This document shows, piece by piece, positions 51,325-59,134 of a stretch of 59,134 bases of DNA (the first letter of the stretch is position 1; each line of letters begins with the position of its first letter). A program made the position numbers and the translations under genes. A model generated the notes under the pieces. The model had not been told where the DNA came from. It was given only the letters and a program-made list of their open reading frames with translations, and ran no database searches. Where the stretch lies: positions 1-59,134 of the forward strand of contig JBGQBD010000003.1 in NCBI GenBank assembly GCA_041494645.1, in the 5' to 3' direction. This DNA is from Candidatus Limnocylindria bacterium. GTDB taxonomy: Bacteria > Chloroflexota > Limnocylindria > Limnocylindrales > CSP1-4.

Positions 51325-52206
51325 CTACTCCGCGGCCTCCTCAGCCCAACGTGGCGCCCGATCGCCAACCTGGCTCACGGTCAGCTCCTCGGCCAGCCAC
51401 AGCCGTTCGCGGACGGGCATGACCATTTCGATCGCCGGCCGGCCGGCGCCGGGAAACTCGGGGCCGGCCACGGTCGCTGACGCCGTGCCGGCCTGACCCG
51501 TGTCGTTTGAGCCCGGGCGGGCCTCATCGTCCGGCGCCACCGCCGACACGACCGCCGCTTGGCCCATCTGGTCGGCCAGGGCGGCCACGACTTCGTCGGC
51601 CCGCCCGCTGCCCCGCTCCTGCGAGTGGCGCAGCCGCATCCAGAGCCCGGCGGCCCCGGCCGAAACCCCATCCGGCGCCACGGCCGCCGGATCAGCGGCC
51701 CGGATCTGGAGGTCGATGATGAGCGGCCTCAGGTCGTAGGCGACGGTCTTCGCTTCGCGGCGCCGCTCGCGCCGGAGACGCTCCGCGGCCATGAGCCGGG
51801 CCGCCGCGGTCGCAAGCTCCTCGCGTTCCACGCCGAACAGGGTCATGCGGTAGTCGGCGGCGACGAGCTGGGGAGCGAGTGCGGGCGCCCCCACCCACAC
51901 GTCGTGCAGGTCGACGACTCGGTAGCCGGCCGGCATCCCGGCCATCAGACGGGCTCGTAGGGCAGAAGCGCCCAGTCGTTCGGACAGGAAGAGATCGGCC
52001 AGCTCGTGCTCCGCGAGCATGCCGAGCTGGAGCGGGGCGGCGAAGACCAGTTTCGGCCGCGCGCTGAATCCCCCGGTGGTGGCCACCGGAATAGCCCCTC
52101 GCCGAAAAGCTCGTTCCCACTGCGTGACCGCGTCCAGATGGGACAGGTAGAGAGCCTCCTCGCCGCGGGTGAATACGATCCGCCACCGCTGCCGGGTCTC
52201 ACTCAT
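51325..52206 (-). CDS. TIGR03936-like radical SAM-associated protein
   Basis: YLSHLD, RAFRR, GGFSARPKLVFAAPL, DLRP. Confidence 0.85.
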   Translation of the reverse strand: MSETRQRWRIVFTRGEEALYLSHLDAVTQWERAFRRGAIPVATTGGFSARPKLVFAAPLQLGMLAEHELADLFLSERLGASALRARLMAGMPAGYRVVDLHDVWVGAPALAPQLVAADYRMTLFGVEREELATAAARLMAAERLRRERRREAKTVAYDLRPLIIDLQIRAADPAAVAPDGVSAGAAGLWMRLRHSQERGSGRADEVVAALADQMGQAAVVSAVAPDDEARPGSNDTGQAGTASATVAGPEFPGAGRPAIEMVMPVRERLWLAEELTVSQVGDRAPRWAEEAAE

Positions 52207-53618
52207 GGCACCGAGTCCACCCCGCCTTCCGCCGGGGCCCCGCCGGGTGCGCCGGGCTCGCCGGCTGGCGGACCGGCCTGGCTTCGGCTCACGGCCGGCG
52301 AGCCGCGCCCACCCCCACGCTCCGTGCCGGCGTTTGCCCCGGATCGCTTGCGGCCCCACCTGGCCACGACAAGCTCGGCCGTGGTCGCCTGGAGCAGGAG
52401 CGTGATCAGGACGACGCCGAAGGTGATCCCCTGCATCTCGGAGCGATTCGGGAAGTCGAGCGGAAGAGAGAGCGCCAGGGCCGTCGACACGGCGCCCCGC
52501 AGGCCGGACCAGAAGATCACGTGAAGCCAGTCGATCGGGATGGCCGCTTCCTCGCGCGCAGGCGCGGGCCGATCTCGCGGCTTCGGCAGCCGTTTCGAGG
52601 GACGCGGCTGCGGTCGAACGAGCCGCCAGGCGCCCAAGAGCCCGTAAACGATGAGCGCCCTGCCGGCGAGCGCGGCCGCGAAGGCCCAGGCGATCGGCGA
52701 GGCCACGTCGACCAGGGCTCGGATCGATATCGCGAACCCGACGACGAGGAATATGAAGGCCGTGGCCAGGAAGGCGACAAACTCCCAGACGGTGTCGAGC
52801 GCTTCTTCTGTCCGAGGCGACAGGCCGTTCTTTCGGCCGTAACTGCCCAGGACGATCCCCGCCACGGCGGTGGCGATGACGCCCGAGAGGTGGAAGGCAT
52901 CGGCCGCGAGGTACGTGCCGTACGCCAGGACCACCGAAAAGCTGATCTCGATCAGGTGGTCGCCGACGGTCGGCAGGATCCGAGAGGTCGCGAATCCGGC
53001 CAGGGCGCCCAGCGCGGCGCTGGCGATCACCACCCAGGCGAACGTGAGCCCGATCTCTGCCGGACCGACCGGGCGCGAGACGAAGTCCACGGCCAGGGCG
53101 AAGACGACGATGCCGGTCCCATCGTTGAAGACGCTCTCCGCCTCGACCAGAGTGGCCAGTCGCCGCGGCGAATCGAGCCGTTTGAACGTGGCGATCACCG
53201 CGGCCGGATCCGTGGCCGAAAGCATGGCCCCCACTACGAACGCCTGTGTCGGGGCCAGGCCGGCGCCGAAGTGAAGGGCGGCCGCAATGATCGACGCGCT
53301 GGCCAGGACGCCCGGTCCGGCCAGCAGGGCGACGCCCACGAGAGACGGGCGCAGCTTCCCGAAGTCGGTCTGATAAGACGCCTCGAAGATCAACGCCGGC
53401 AGCAGGACGACGAGTACGAGCTGCGGCGTGATCTCGACCCGGAGCGGCTGAGCCAGGACGCCGGCCACGATCCCGAACGCGACCAGGGCAACCGTGTAGG
53501 GCAGGTTGATGCGACGGGCCAGCAGAGTCACCAGCGCGGCGGCCCCGACCAGAAGGACGAACAGACGGATCAGCTCGAGGGTCGTCTCTCCCGAGCTCCC
53601 AAGGCTTCCCGACGTCAC
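52203..53618 (-). CDS. CPA1 family Na+/H+ antiporter
   Basis: LLPALIFEA, SATDP, ESVFNDG, GLRGAVS. Confidence 0.93.
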   Translation of the reverse strand: MTSGSLGSSGETTLELIRLFVLLVGAAALVTLLARRINLPYTVALVAFGIVAGVLAQPLRVEITPQLVLVVLLPALIFEASYQTDFGKLRPSLVGVALLAGPGVLASASIIAAALHFGAGLAPTQAFVVGAMLSATDPAAVIATFKRLDSPRRLATLVEAESVFNDGTGIVVFALAVDFVSRPVGPAEIGLTFAWVVIASAALGALAGFATSRILPTVGDHLIEISFSVVLAYGTYLAADAFHLSGVIATAVAGIVLGSYGRKNGLSPRTEEALDTVWEFVAFLATAFIFLVVGFAISIRALVDVASPIAWAFAAALAGRALIVYGLLGAWRLVRPQPRPSKRLPKPRDRPAPAREEAAIPIDWLHVIFWSGLRGAVSTALALSLPLDFPNRSEMQGITFGVVLITLLLQATTAELVVARWGRKRSGANAGTERGGGRGSPAVSRSQAGPPAGEPGAPGGAPAEGGVDSVP

Positions 53619-55888
53619 CCGGTGGTCTCGCCGCCGGCCGCCTCCACCAGCGACGCAAGACCGTTGAGCCCAGCGTTCTTCGACTGCATCTCAGTCCCCA
53701 GCAGATCGTACGGCCAGCCGCGTTTCACGCCGCGATCGCCGCTCACGTTAGCACTCGCGCCGGCCGAAGCCGGGCCGGCCTGATCGGCACGACGGGGATC
53801 GCCGGGCGGGCCAACGTATCGCCACCGCCCGCCGGCGAGCCTGCCACGGCCCTCGCCTTCGCCACTTTCCTCGCGGCCGCGGCTCCCGTCGTCGCCGCCG
53901 CCGACGTTGACGAGCATCTGCCGCGGACCTTGCTCGCCGGTGTCGCAGGCAAAGCCGGCCACCGCCGGCACGCCGCAATTCGAGCATGGACCCCAGTGGC
54001 AGTCGACCGTGGTCTTCGCGGCCCGAGCGCACCTTCGGTCGCGCAGGAGGAAGTCGGTCGAGACGCCGGCGCCAAGGTGCTCCCAGGGCAGCTTCTCCTC
54101 GACCGGAATGTCGCGCTGAGCATACCAGGCCGGGTCCAGACCCTCTTCGGCGAAAGCCTGGAGCCATTTCTGGAAGTCGAAGTGCTCGTCCCAGGCATCG
54201 AAGCGCGCCCCGTTGCGCCAGGCTCGCGCGATCACGCGACCGAGGCGGCGGTCACCGCGGCCCAGCGCCGCCTCGAGAAGCGAGCTCGCCGGGTCGTGCC
54301 ACGACATGGTGAGCCCCTTGCCGTGGAGCGCCTTCCGTAGCTCCGACACCTTGGCCTCTATCTCGTCCGTGCTGTCCTGACCGTCCCATTGGAACGGCGT
54401 CAAGACCTTGGGCACGAACGTCGAGACGTTGGCCTTCACCTGGGCTCGGCCGCCGTGACGCCGTTTGCCGATGTCGAGGACGCGGCGGCAGATCGCGGCG
54501 ATTGCCAGCACATCCTCGATCGTCTCGCCCGGCAGGCCGATCATGAAGTAGAGCTTGACCGCGCTCCAACCGCGGCTGAAGGCCAGCTCGGCACAGCGAA
54601 CGATCTCCTCGTCGCTCACTCCCTTGTTGACCGTGTCGCGCAGGCGCTGGCTTCCGGCCTCGGGCGCGAACGTAAAACCGGACCGCCGGCCGCCGGGAGC
54701 GATGGCGTCGACCAGCTCCACGGTGAAGGCATCCACGCGCGTGCTCGGCAGGGAGATGACGACCTCCGGGTTGCGCTCGTGCAGCGCCGAGGCCACCTCT
54801 CGAACGTAGGTGTAGTCGGCGGTGGAGAGGCTCGTCAGCCCGATCTCCTCATAGCCGGTCGCGCTGAGGATCGCCTCCGCGGCGGCGATCGCCACTTCGG
54901 GCGCTCGCTCCCGAAGCGGGCGGGACTGCATCCCCGCCTGGCAGAAGCGACAACCCCTCGTGCAGCCGCGCATGACCTCGACCTGGGCGCGGTCGAAGAC
55001 GATGCCGATGTTGGGGACGATCTGGCGGATGCCGCGGACTTTGGTCTCGAAGTCGGCGGCGATTCGGCCGGCAACCCGGGCCGGGGCGGCCCCGTCCAGG
55101 CTCTCCAGCGCCGCGAACGTGCCGTCGGCCTGGTAGCGCGGCCGGTACAGCGAGGGCACGTAGACGCCAGCGATTCGGGCTAGCGCCCGCAGCGCGGTGG
55201 CTCGATCCACCCCCCGGCGCCACTCCCCACCGGGCGCGGGCACGCGGCGATGCCAGCCGATCGAATGCAGAACCTGGCTGATCTCCAGCACCACGTCCTC
55301 GCCCTCGCCAAGGACCACCGCATCGGTGAAGTCGGCGAAGGGCTCCGGGTTCAGGACGATCGAGCCGCCGGCGATGACCAGCGGGTCGGCCCCGGAGCGG
55401 TTGCCGGTCGTCAGCCCGATGCCGGCCAACTCGAGCATGTCGAGCACGTTCGTGGCCACCAGTTCGTAGCCGAGGCTGAGGCCGACCACATCGAAGTCTC
55501 GGAGGGAATGCCGCGTCTCGAGACTCCACAAAGGCACCTTCGCCGCCCGAAGCTCCGCCTGAAGATCGACGTCCGGCGCGAAGCAGCGCTCGGCCAGCCA
55601 CTCCGGCCGGTCGTTCAGAACCTCGTACAGGATCCGCAGGCCGAGGTTGCTCATCCCGATCTCATAGAGGTCGGGGTAGGTGAAGCACCACTTGAGAGCG
55701 GTTTCGGACCAGTCCTTCCGGATGGAGTTCCACTCGCCGCCCGAGTAGCGCCCTGGCTTGCGGACTCGCCCGAGCAACCGCTGGACGGTCAGACTCGGGA
55801 GCGGTGACGGCGCGTGGTACGGCCCGGCCTCGGCCGGGGCCGGGTTCGAGGCCGCTGGCGGCTGGCCTGGGGGCAGCGTCGTCGTCAT
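53615..55888 (-). CDS. TIGR03960-like B12-binding radical SAM protein
   Basis: KPGRYSGGE, PDLYEIGMSNLG, RGCTRGCRFCQAG, APEAGSQRLR, FVPK.TPFQW. Confidence 0.92.
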   Translation of the reverse strand: MTTTLPPGQPPAASNPAPAEAGPYHAPSPLPSLTVQRLLGRVRKPGRYSGGEWNSIRKDWSETALKWCFTYPDLYEIGMSNLGLRILYEVLNDRPEWLAERCFAPDVDLQAELRAAKVPLWSLETRHSLRDFDVVGLSLGYELVATNVLDMLELAGIGLTTGNRSGADPLVIAGGSIVLNPEPFADFTDAVVLGEGEDVVLEISQVLHSIGWHRRVPAPGGEWRRGVDRATALRALARIAGVYVPSLYRPRYQADGTFAALESLDGAAPARVAGRIAADFETKVRGIRQIVPNIGIVFDRAQVEVMRGCTRGCRFCQAGMQSRPLRERAPEVAIAAAEAILSATGYEEIGLTSLSTADYTYVREVASALHERNPEVVISLPSTRVDAFTVELVDAIAPGGRRSGFTFAPEAGSQRLRDTVNKGVSDEEIVRCAELAFSRGWSAVKLYFMIGLPGETIEDVLAIAAICRRVLDIGKRRHGGRAQVKANVSTFVPKVLTPFQWDGQDSTDEIEAKVSELRKALHGKGLTMSWHDPASSLLEAALGRGDRRLGRVIARAWRNGARFDAWDEHFDFQKWLQAFAEEGLDPAWYAQRDIPVEEKLPWEHLGAGVSTDFLLRDRRCARAAKTTVDCHWGPCSNCGVPAVAGFACDTGEQGPRQMLVNVGGGDDGSRGREESGEGEGRGRLAGGRWRYVGPPGDPRRADQAGPASAGASANVSGDRGVKRGWPYDLLGTEMQSKNAGLNGLASLVEAAGGETTG

Positions 55889-55955
55889 GGGTCTAGCCTC
55901 GCTGGCCCAACCTGCGGCCGGGCGTATCAGAGGGCGGCGACAGGGGATGTCCCCC

Positions 55956-57110
55956 TTACCACTCGGGCTTCTCGCGGCGCAGATTCGTGCTCTGAATAGT
56001 GCCGAGGCCGGCCGCCAGGCTGACCAGGGAGGCACCGCCGTAGGTGATGAAGGGCAGCGGGATGCCCGTCACAGGCATGAGGCCCACGACCATGCCGACG
56101 TTCACGAAGACCTGGAAGAAGAGCATCGTCGCCAGGCCGCTGCCGATGAGCATGGCGAAGCGGTCGGGCGACCGCCACGAGCACACGATCAGCCGCCACA
56201 GGAGCAGGACAAAAAGAACGAGGACCACCATTGAGCCGATGAATCCGAGTTCCTCGGCCAGGACCCCCCACACGAAGTCGGTGGTCCCGACGGGCAAGGC
56301 GACCGTGCCGTTGGTCAGCCCCTTCCCGCCCAGGCCGCCCGCATTGACCGCAGTCTGGGCCTGGTGGAGCTGGTATCCGGCGCCGTTGGGATCTGCGCCC
56401 GGGTTGAAGAGCGTCAGGAGGCGGGCCTGCTGGTAGTCGCGCAGGCTGTTCCACACGATCGGGATGGCTCCCACGATGCCCAGGACCAGCGTGCCCATCC
56501 AGAACAGGCTGGCCCCGGACATGAACAGCATGCCGGCGACCAGGGCCACGAGGACCAGGGAGGTTCCGAGGTCCGGCTGGAGCATGACCAGGACCCAGGG
56601 CGGCACCATGATCGCGATCGCTCCAACTATGGTCCAGGGCGATTTCGCGCTCTCCTCGCGGTGGGCGAGATACGAGGCGAAGACGACGACCATGACGATC
56701 TTGGCGAGTTCGCTGAACTGGAACTGGAAGCCGCCCACGATCACCCAGCGAGCCGCGCTCCCGGCTTCGCCGGTGCCGGTGCCGATCCGCAGAGTCAGGA
56801 TAAGGAGGCCGAGGTTGACCAGGTACAGCGGCCAGGCGAACGAGCGCAGCCACTTGTAGTCGAAGACGGTCGTCAGCCCCAGCACGACGGCCGCGATGAC
56901 GGCCCACATCAAGCTGCGAACGAAGGGCGAATTGAGCGACAGCGGCGTGTGGTTCGATCCGACGCTGTTGCTGTACGCCATGGCCAGCCCGAAGATGGTC
57001 AGGAGCACCGCGTAGGTCGTGAGCTGGAAGTCGTAATTGCGCCAGGCCAGCCAGCCGGCCTTCGGAGCCCAGCCCCGGAGTCTGAGGGTTTCGCCGCGCA
57101 GAATGCTCAT
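55956..57110 (-). CDS. rodA: SEDS family rod shape-determining protein
   Basis: ARWV, QFSELAK, QPDLGT, TDF, TGIPLPFITYGG. Follows PBP2. Confidence 0.93.
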   Translation of the reverse strand: MSILRGETLRLRGWAPKAGWLAWRNYDFQLTTYAVLLTIFGLAMAYSNSVGSNHTPLSLNSPFVRSLMWAVIAAVVLGLTTVFDYKWLRSFAWPLYLVNLGLLILTLRIGTGTGEAGSAARWVIVGGFQFQFSELAKIVMVVVFASYLAHREESAKSPWTIVGAIAIMVPPWVLVMLQPDLGTSLVLVALVAGMLFMSGASLFWMGTLVLGIVGAIPIVWNSLRDYQQARLLTLFNPGADPNGAGYQLHQAQTAVNAGGLGGKGLTNGTVALPVGTTDFVWGVLAEELGFIGSMVVLVLFVLLLWRLIVCSWRSPDRFAMLIGSGLATMLFFQVFVNVGMVVGLMPVTGIPLPFITYGGASLVSLAAGLGTIQSTNLRREKPEW

Positions 57111-57126
57111 CGGTCGGTCGGTGCCG

Positions 57127-59134
57127 TCAGTCTCTTGGATTCGTACTTTGGTAGAAGTTGGTCCGCCTCAGAACCCAGCTCGGAATGTATCCAGGAGTGT
57201 GAATGTTGAAGGGGTCGCCCTTCAATTTGAAGTGCAGCATCATGTAGTACTTGACGATCTCCGTCGCCACGTTCCCCTGGCTGTTGGCGCCGTAGACGAA
57301 GGCAAGCACGGCGAGCTGCGAGTCCGTCTTGGTGAAGTCGTCGACGTACGGATCGGCCGGGACATAGCCGACGAACCACTCGTGGTACGGCAGAACGCCA
57401 TTCTTGTCCTGGACGCCGAATTCCGCCGTGCCGGTCTTGCCCGCGACCTTGATCGGCAGTTCTACGAGGTTGCCGGTATGCCGTGAGGTCACGACCGCTC
57501 GCGTCGCGAGGCGCATCGTCTCGAGGGTCTGCTGCGAGGCCGGCAGAATGTTGAGAACCTTCGGCTGCACCGGTGTGACATTGCCCTTGTCGTCCGTGAT
57601 CGACTGCACGACGTGCGGCTGATAGAGCGTGCCGCCGTTCGCCAGGGCGCAGTACGCGTTCAGGAGCTGGAGCGGGGACGAGGCGTCATAGCCCTGACCG
57701 ATGCCTGCCTGGAGGATCTCGCCGTCGAACATCGGCTCGCCCTTGTTGACCAGCTTCCAGGCGTTGGTCGGGACGATGCCGGTCGCCTCGAACGGGAGGT
57801 CGATCCCGGTCGAGGCTCCGAAACCGTACTGCTGGGCCCAGAAGGTCAGGCGATCGAGACCGACCATTCGAGCGAGCTGATAGAAGAAAGTGTCGCTCGA
57901 GTAGGCCAGGCCGGAGGTGATGTTCAGCAGGCCCCAGCCCTGGTCGTTCCATTCCTTGAACTTGAAGGCGCCGATCTGGATGAACGGCTGCGAGAGAAGC
58001 TTGGTCGAGGCGTCGAATGTGCCATTTGTCGCGTTGAATGTGCTGTTGCAGTAATCGAAGAGGACCGCGCCTTTCGCATCGTGCTCTTGGCACTGAGGGT
58101 TGTCCTGAAGGCCGGCCGTACCGGCCACCAGCTTGAAAGTGGATCCGGGCGCGTACTGGGCGGCGACGGCCTTGTTGAGAAGCGGCCCGGACGGATCGGC
58201 AAGGAGCTTCTGGAAGTCCGTCTCGCTGATGCCGTCGGCGAACAACTGGTCGTTGTAGCTCGGCAGGCTGACCATCGCCAGGATCGCCCCATTCTGGGGG
58301 TTTTCGACGATGATCACGCCCCTGGTGACGGCGGCGCCCTTGAGGCCCCAGGCCAGTGCTTGCTGCGCGATTTGCTGCTCGTGCGAATCGATCGTCAGGG
58401 TTAGTGAGTCGCCCGGGATCGGAGGCTGGTGGGGCGTCACCAGTCCGGGGATGGCCTTGCCAGAGTCGTCGAGGGCCACCGTCTGGTCCCCGTACGTGCC
58501 CCGGAGCTGTGCCTCGTACGACGCCTCCAGGCCCTGCTGACCGATCACATCCGACTTCGAGTAGCCCAGGTTCGGCGGCTGGGTGCCGGCGGGAGGCAAC
58601 AGCTCGCCGGTGTAGTAACCGTGGGCCTTGAGATCGTCGTACTGAGTTTGCGTGATCTGTCCGGTATAGCCGAGGATTTCGGAGAAGAGAGGTCCCGAAG
58701 GATACTCGCGGTGCGATATCACGGCCACCTTCACGCCCGGCAACGAGTCGGCATTCTCTCCGATGAAACGCGCCACCTCAACGGGGACGTTGTCGGCGAT
58801 CTTGATCGGTTCGTAGAGCGACCCGGTGGCGCTGTCTATCTCGGTCTCGATGTCGATGGGGTTCATCTTCAGCAATGAGCCCAACCGTTCGGCTACCAGT
58901 GGCTCCTCCGACAACGAAACGTCGCTCGGAGTGACCGTGACCGAGTAGCTGACCATGTTCTTGGCCAGCGGCACTCCGGACGCGTCGAAGATCAGGCCGC
59001 GGGTGGACGGAATGCTCTCGGAGGCGGTCGCAGGCCCGCTCGCGGACTGGTAGTCCTGCTGACCCTGGACGATCTGGAGATAGAACATCCTCGCGCTGAG
59101 GGAGGTCACACCCACGGCCACGGCGAGAACGAAC
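57127..59134 (-). CDS. mrdA: Penicillin-binding protein 2; 5' truncated by window edge
   Basis: RGLIFD, PGSTFK (SxxK), SSD, KTGTAE. Frame is open to the window end. Confidence 0.95.
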   Translation of the reverse strand, partial: FVLAVAVGVTSLSARMFYLQIVQGQQDYQSASGPATASESIPSTRGLIFDASGVPLAKNMVSYSVTVTPSDVSLSEEPLVAERLGSLLKMNPIDIETEIDSATGSLYEPIKIADNVPVEVARFIGENADSLPGVKVAVISHREYPSGPLFSEILGYTGQITQTQYDDLKAHGYYTGELLPPAGTQPPNLGYSKSDVIGQQGLEASYEAQLRGTYGDQTVALDDSGKAIPGLVTPHQPPIPGDSLTLTIDSHEQQIAQQALAWGLKGAAVTRGVIIVENPQNGAILAMVSLPSYNDQLFADGISETDFQKLLADPSGPLLNKAVAAQYAPGSTFKLVAGTAGLQDNPQCQEHDAKGAVLFDYCNSTFNATNGTFDASTKLLSQPFIQIGAFKFKEWNDQGWGLLNITSGLAYSSDTFFYQLARMVGLDRLTFWAQQYGFGASTGIDLPFEATGIVPTNAWKLVNKGEPMFDGEILQAGIGQGYDASSPLQLLNAYCALANGGTLYQPHVVQSITDDKGNVTPVQPKVLNILPASQQTLETMRLATRAVVTSRHTGNLVELPIKVAGKTGTAEFGVQDKNGVLPYHEWFVGYVPADPYVDDFTKTDSQLAVLAFVYGANSQGNVATEIVKYYMMLHFKLKGDPFNIHTPGYIPSWVLRRTNFYQSTNPRD

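Overview
High-GC bacterial chromosomal window. It is most consistent with a monoderm Chloroflexota, possibly Limnocylindria-like; this is inferred from gene content, a secretin-less Tad locus and many leaderless genes. The right half (30.5-59 kb, minus strand) is conserved core: mrdA-rodA, a radical SAM pair split by a Na+/H+ antiporter, rplU-rpmA-rpmE, DUF1385-prfA-prmC-HAD-tsaC, glyA, a wecA/tagO-like gene, the full atp operon, murA (Cys-to-Asp variant) and mreB. The middle holds a surface-glycosylation cluster, a DegS/DegU-like system with a second kinase whose ATPase domain is degenerate, two Flp pilins, the Tad pilus genes, comF, hpf and nfo. The best novelty candidate is at 1-5.5 kb. It comprises a BTAD/SARP-type regulator, an unannotated 29-aa signal-like peptide gene (MRVRVKATLLILGMALLTAISGGASYRPF), a membrane-sensor HD-GYP phosphodiesterase and a DUF5317-MFS fusion. 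The DUF5317 part carries two aspartates arranged like the lipoprotein signal peptidase catalytic dyad. Together they look like a peptide-signalling cassette coupled to cyclic-dinucleotide turnover. All family assignments come from recognising motifs by eye; no searches were run.
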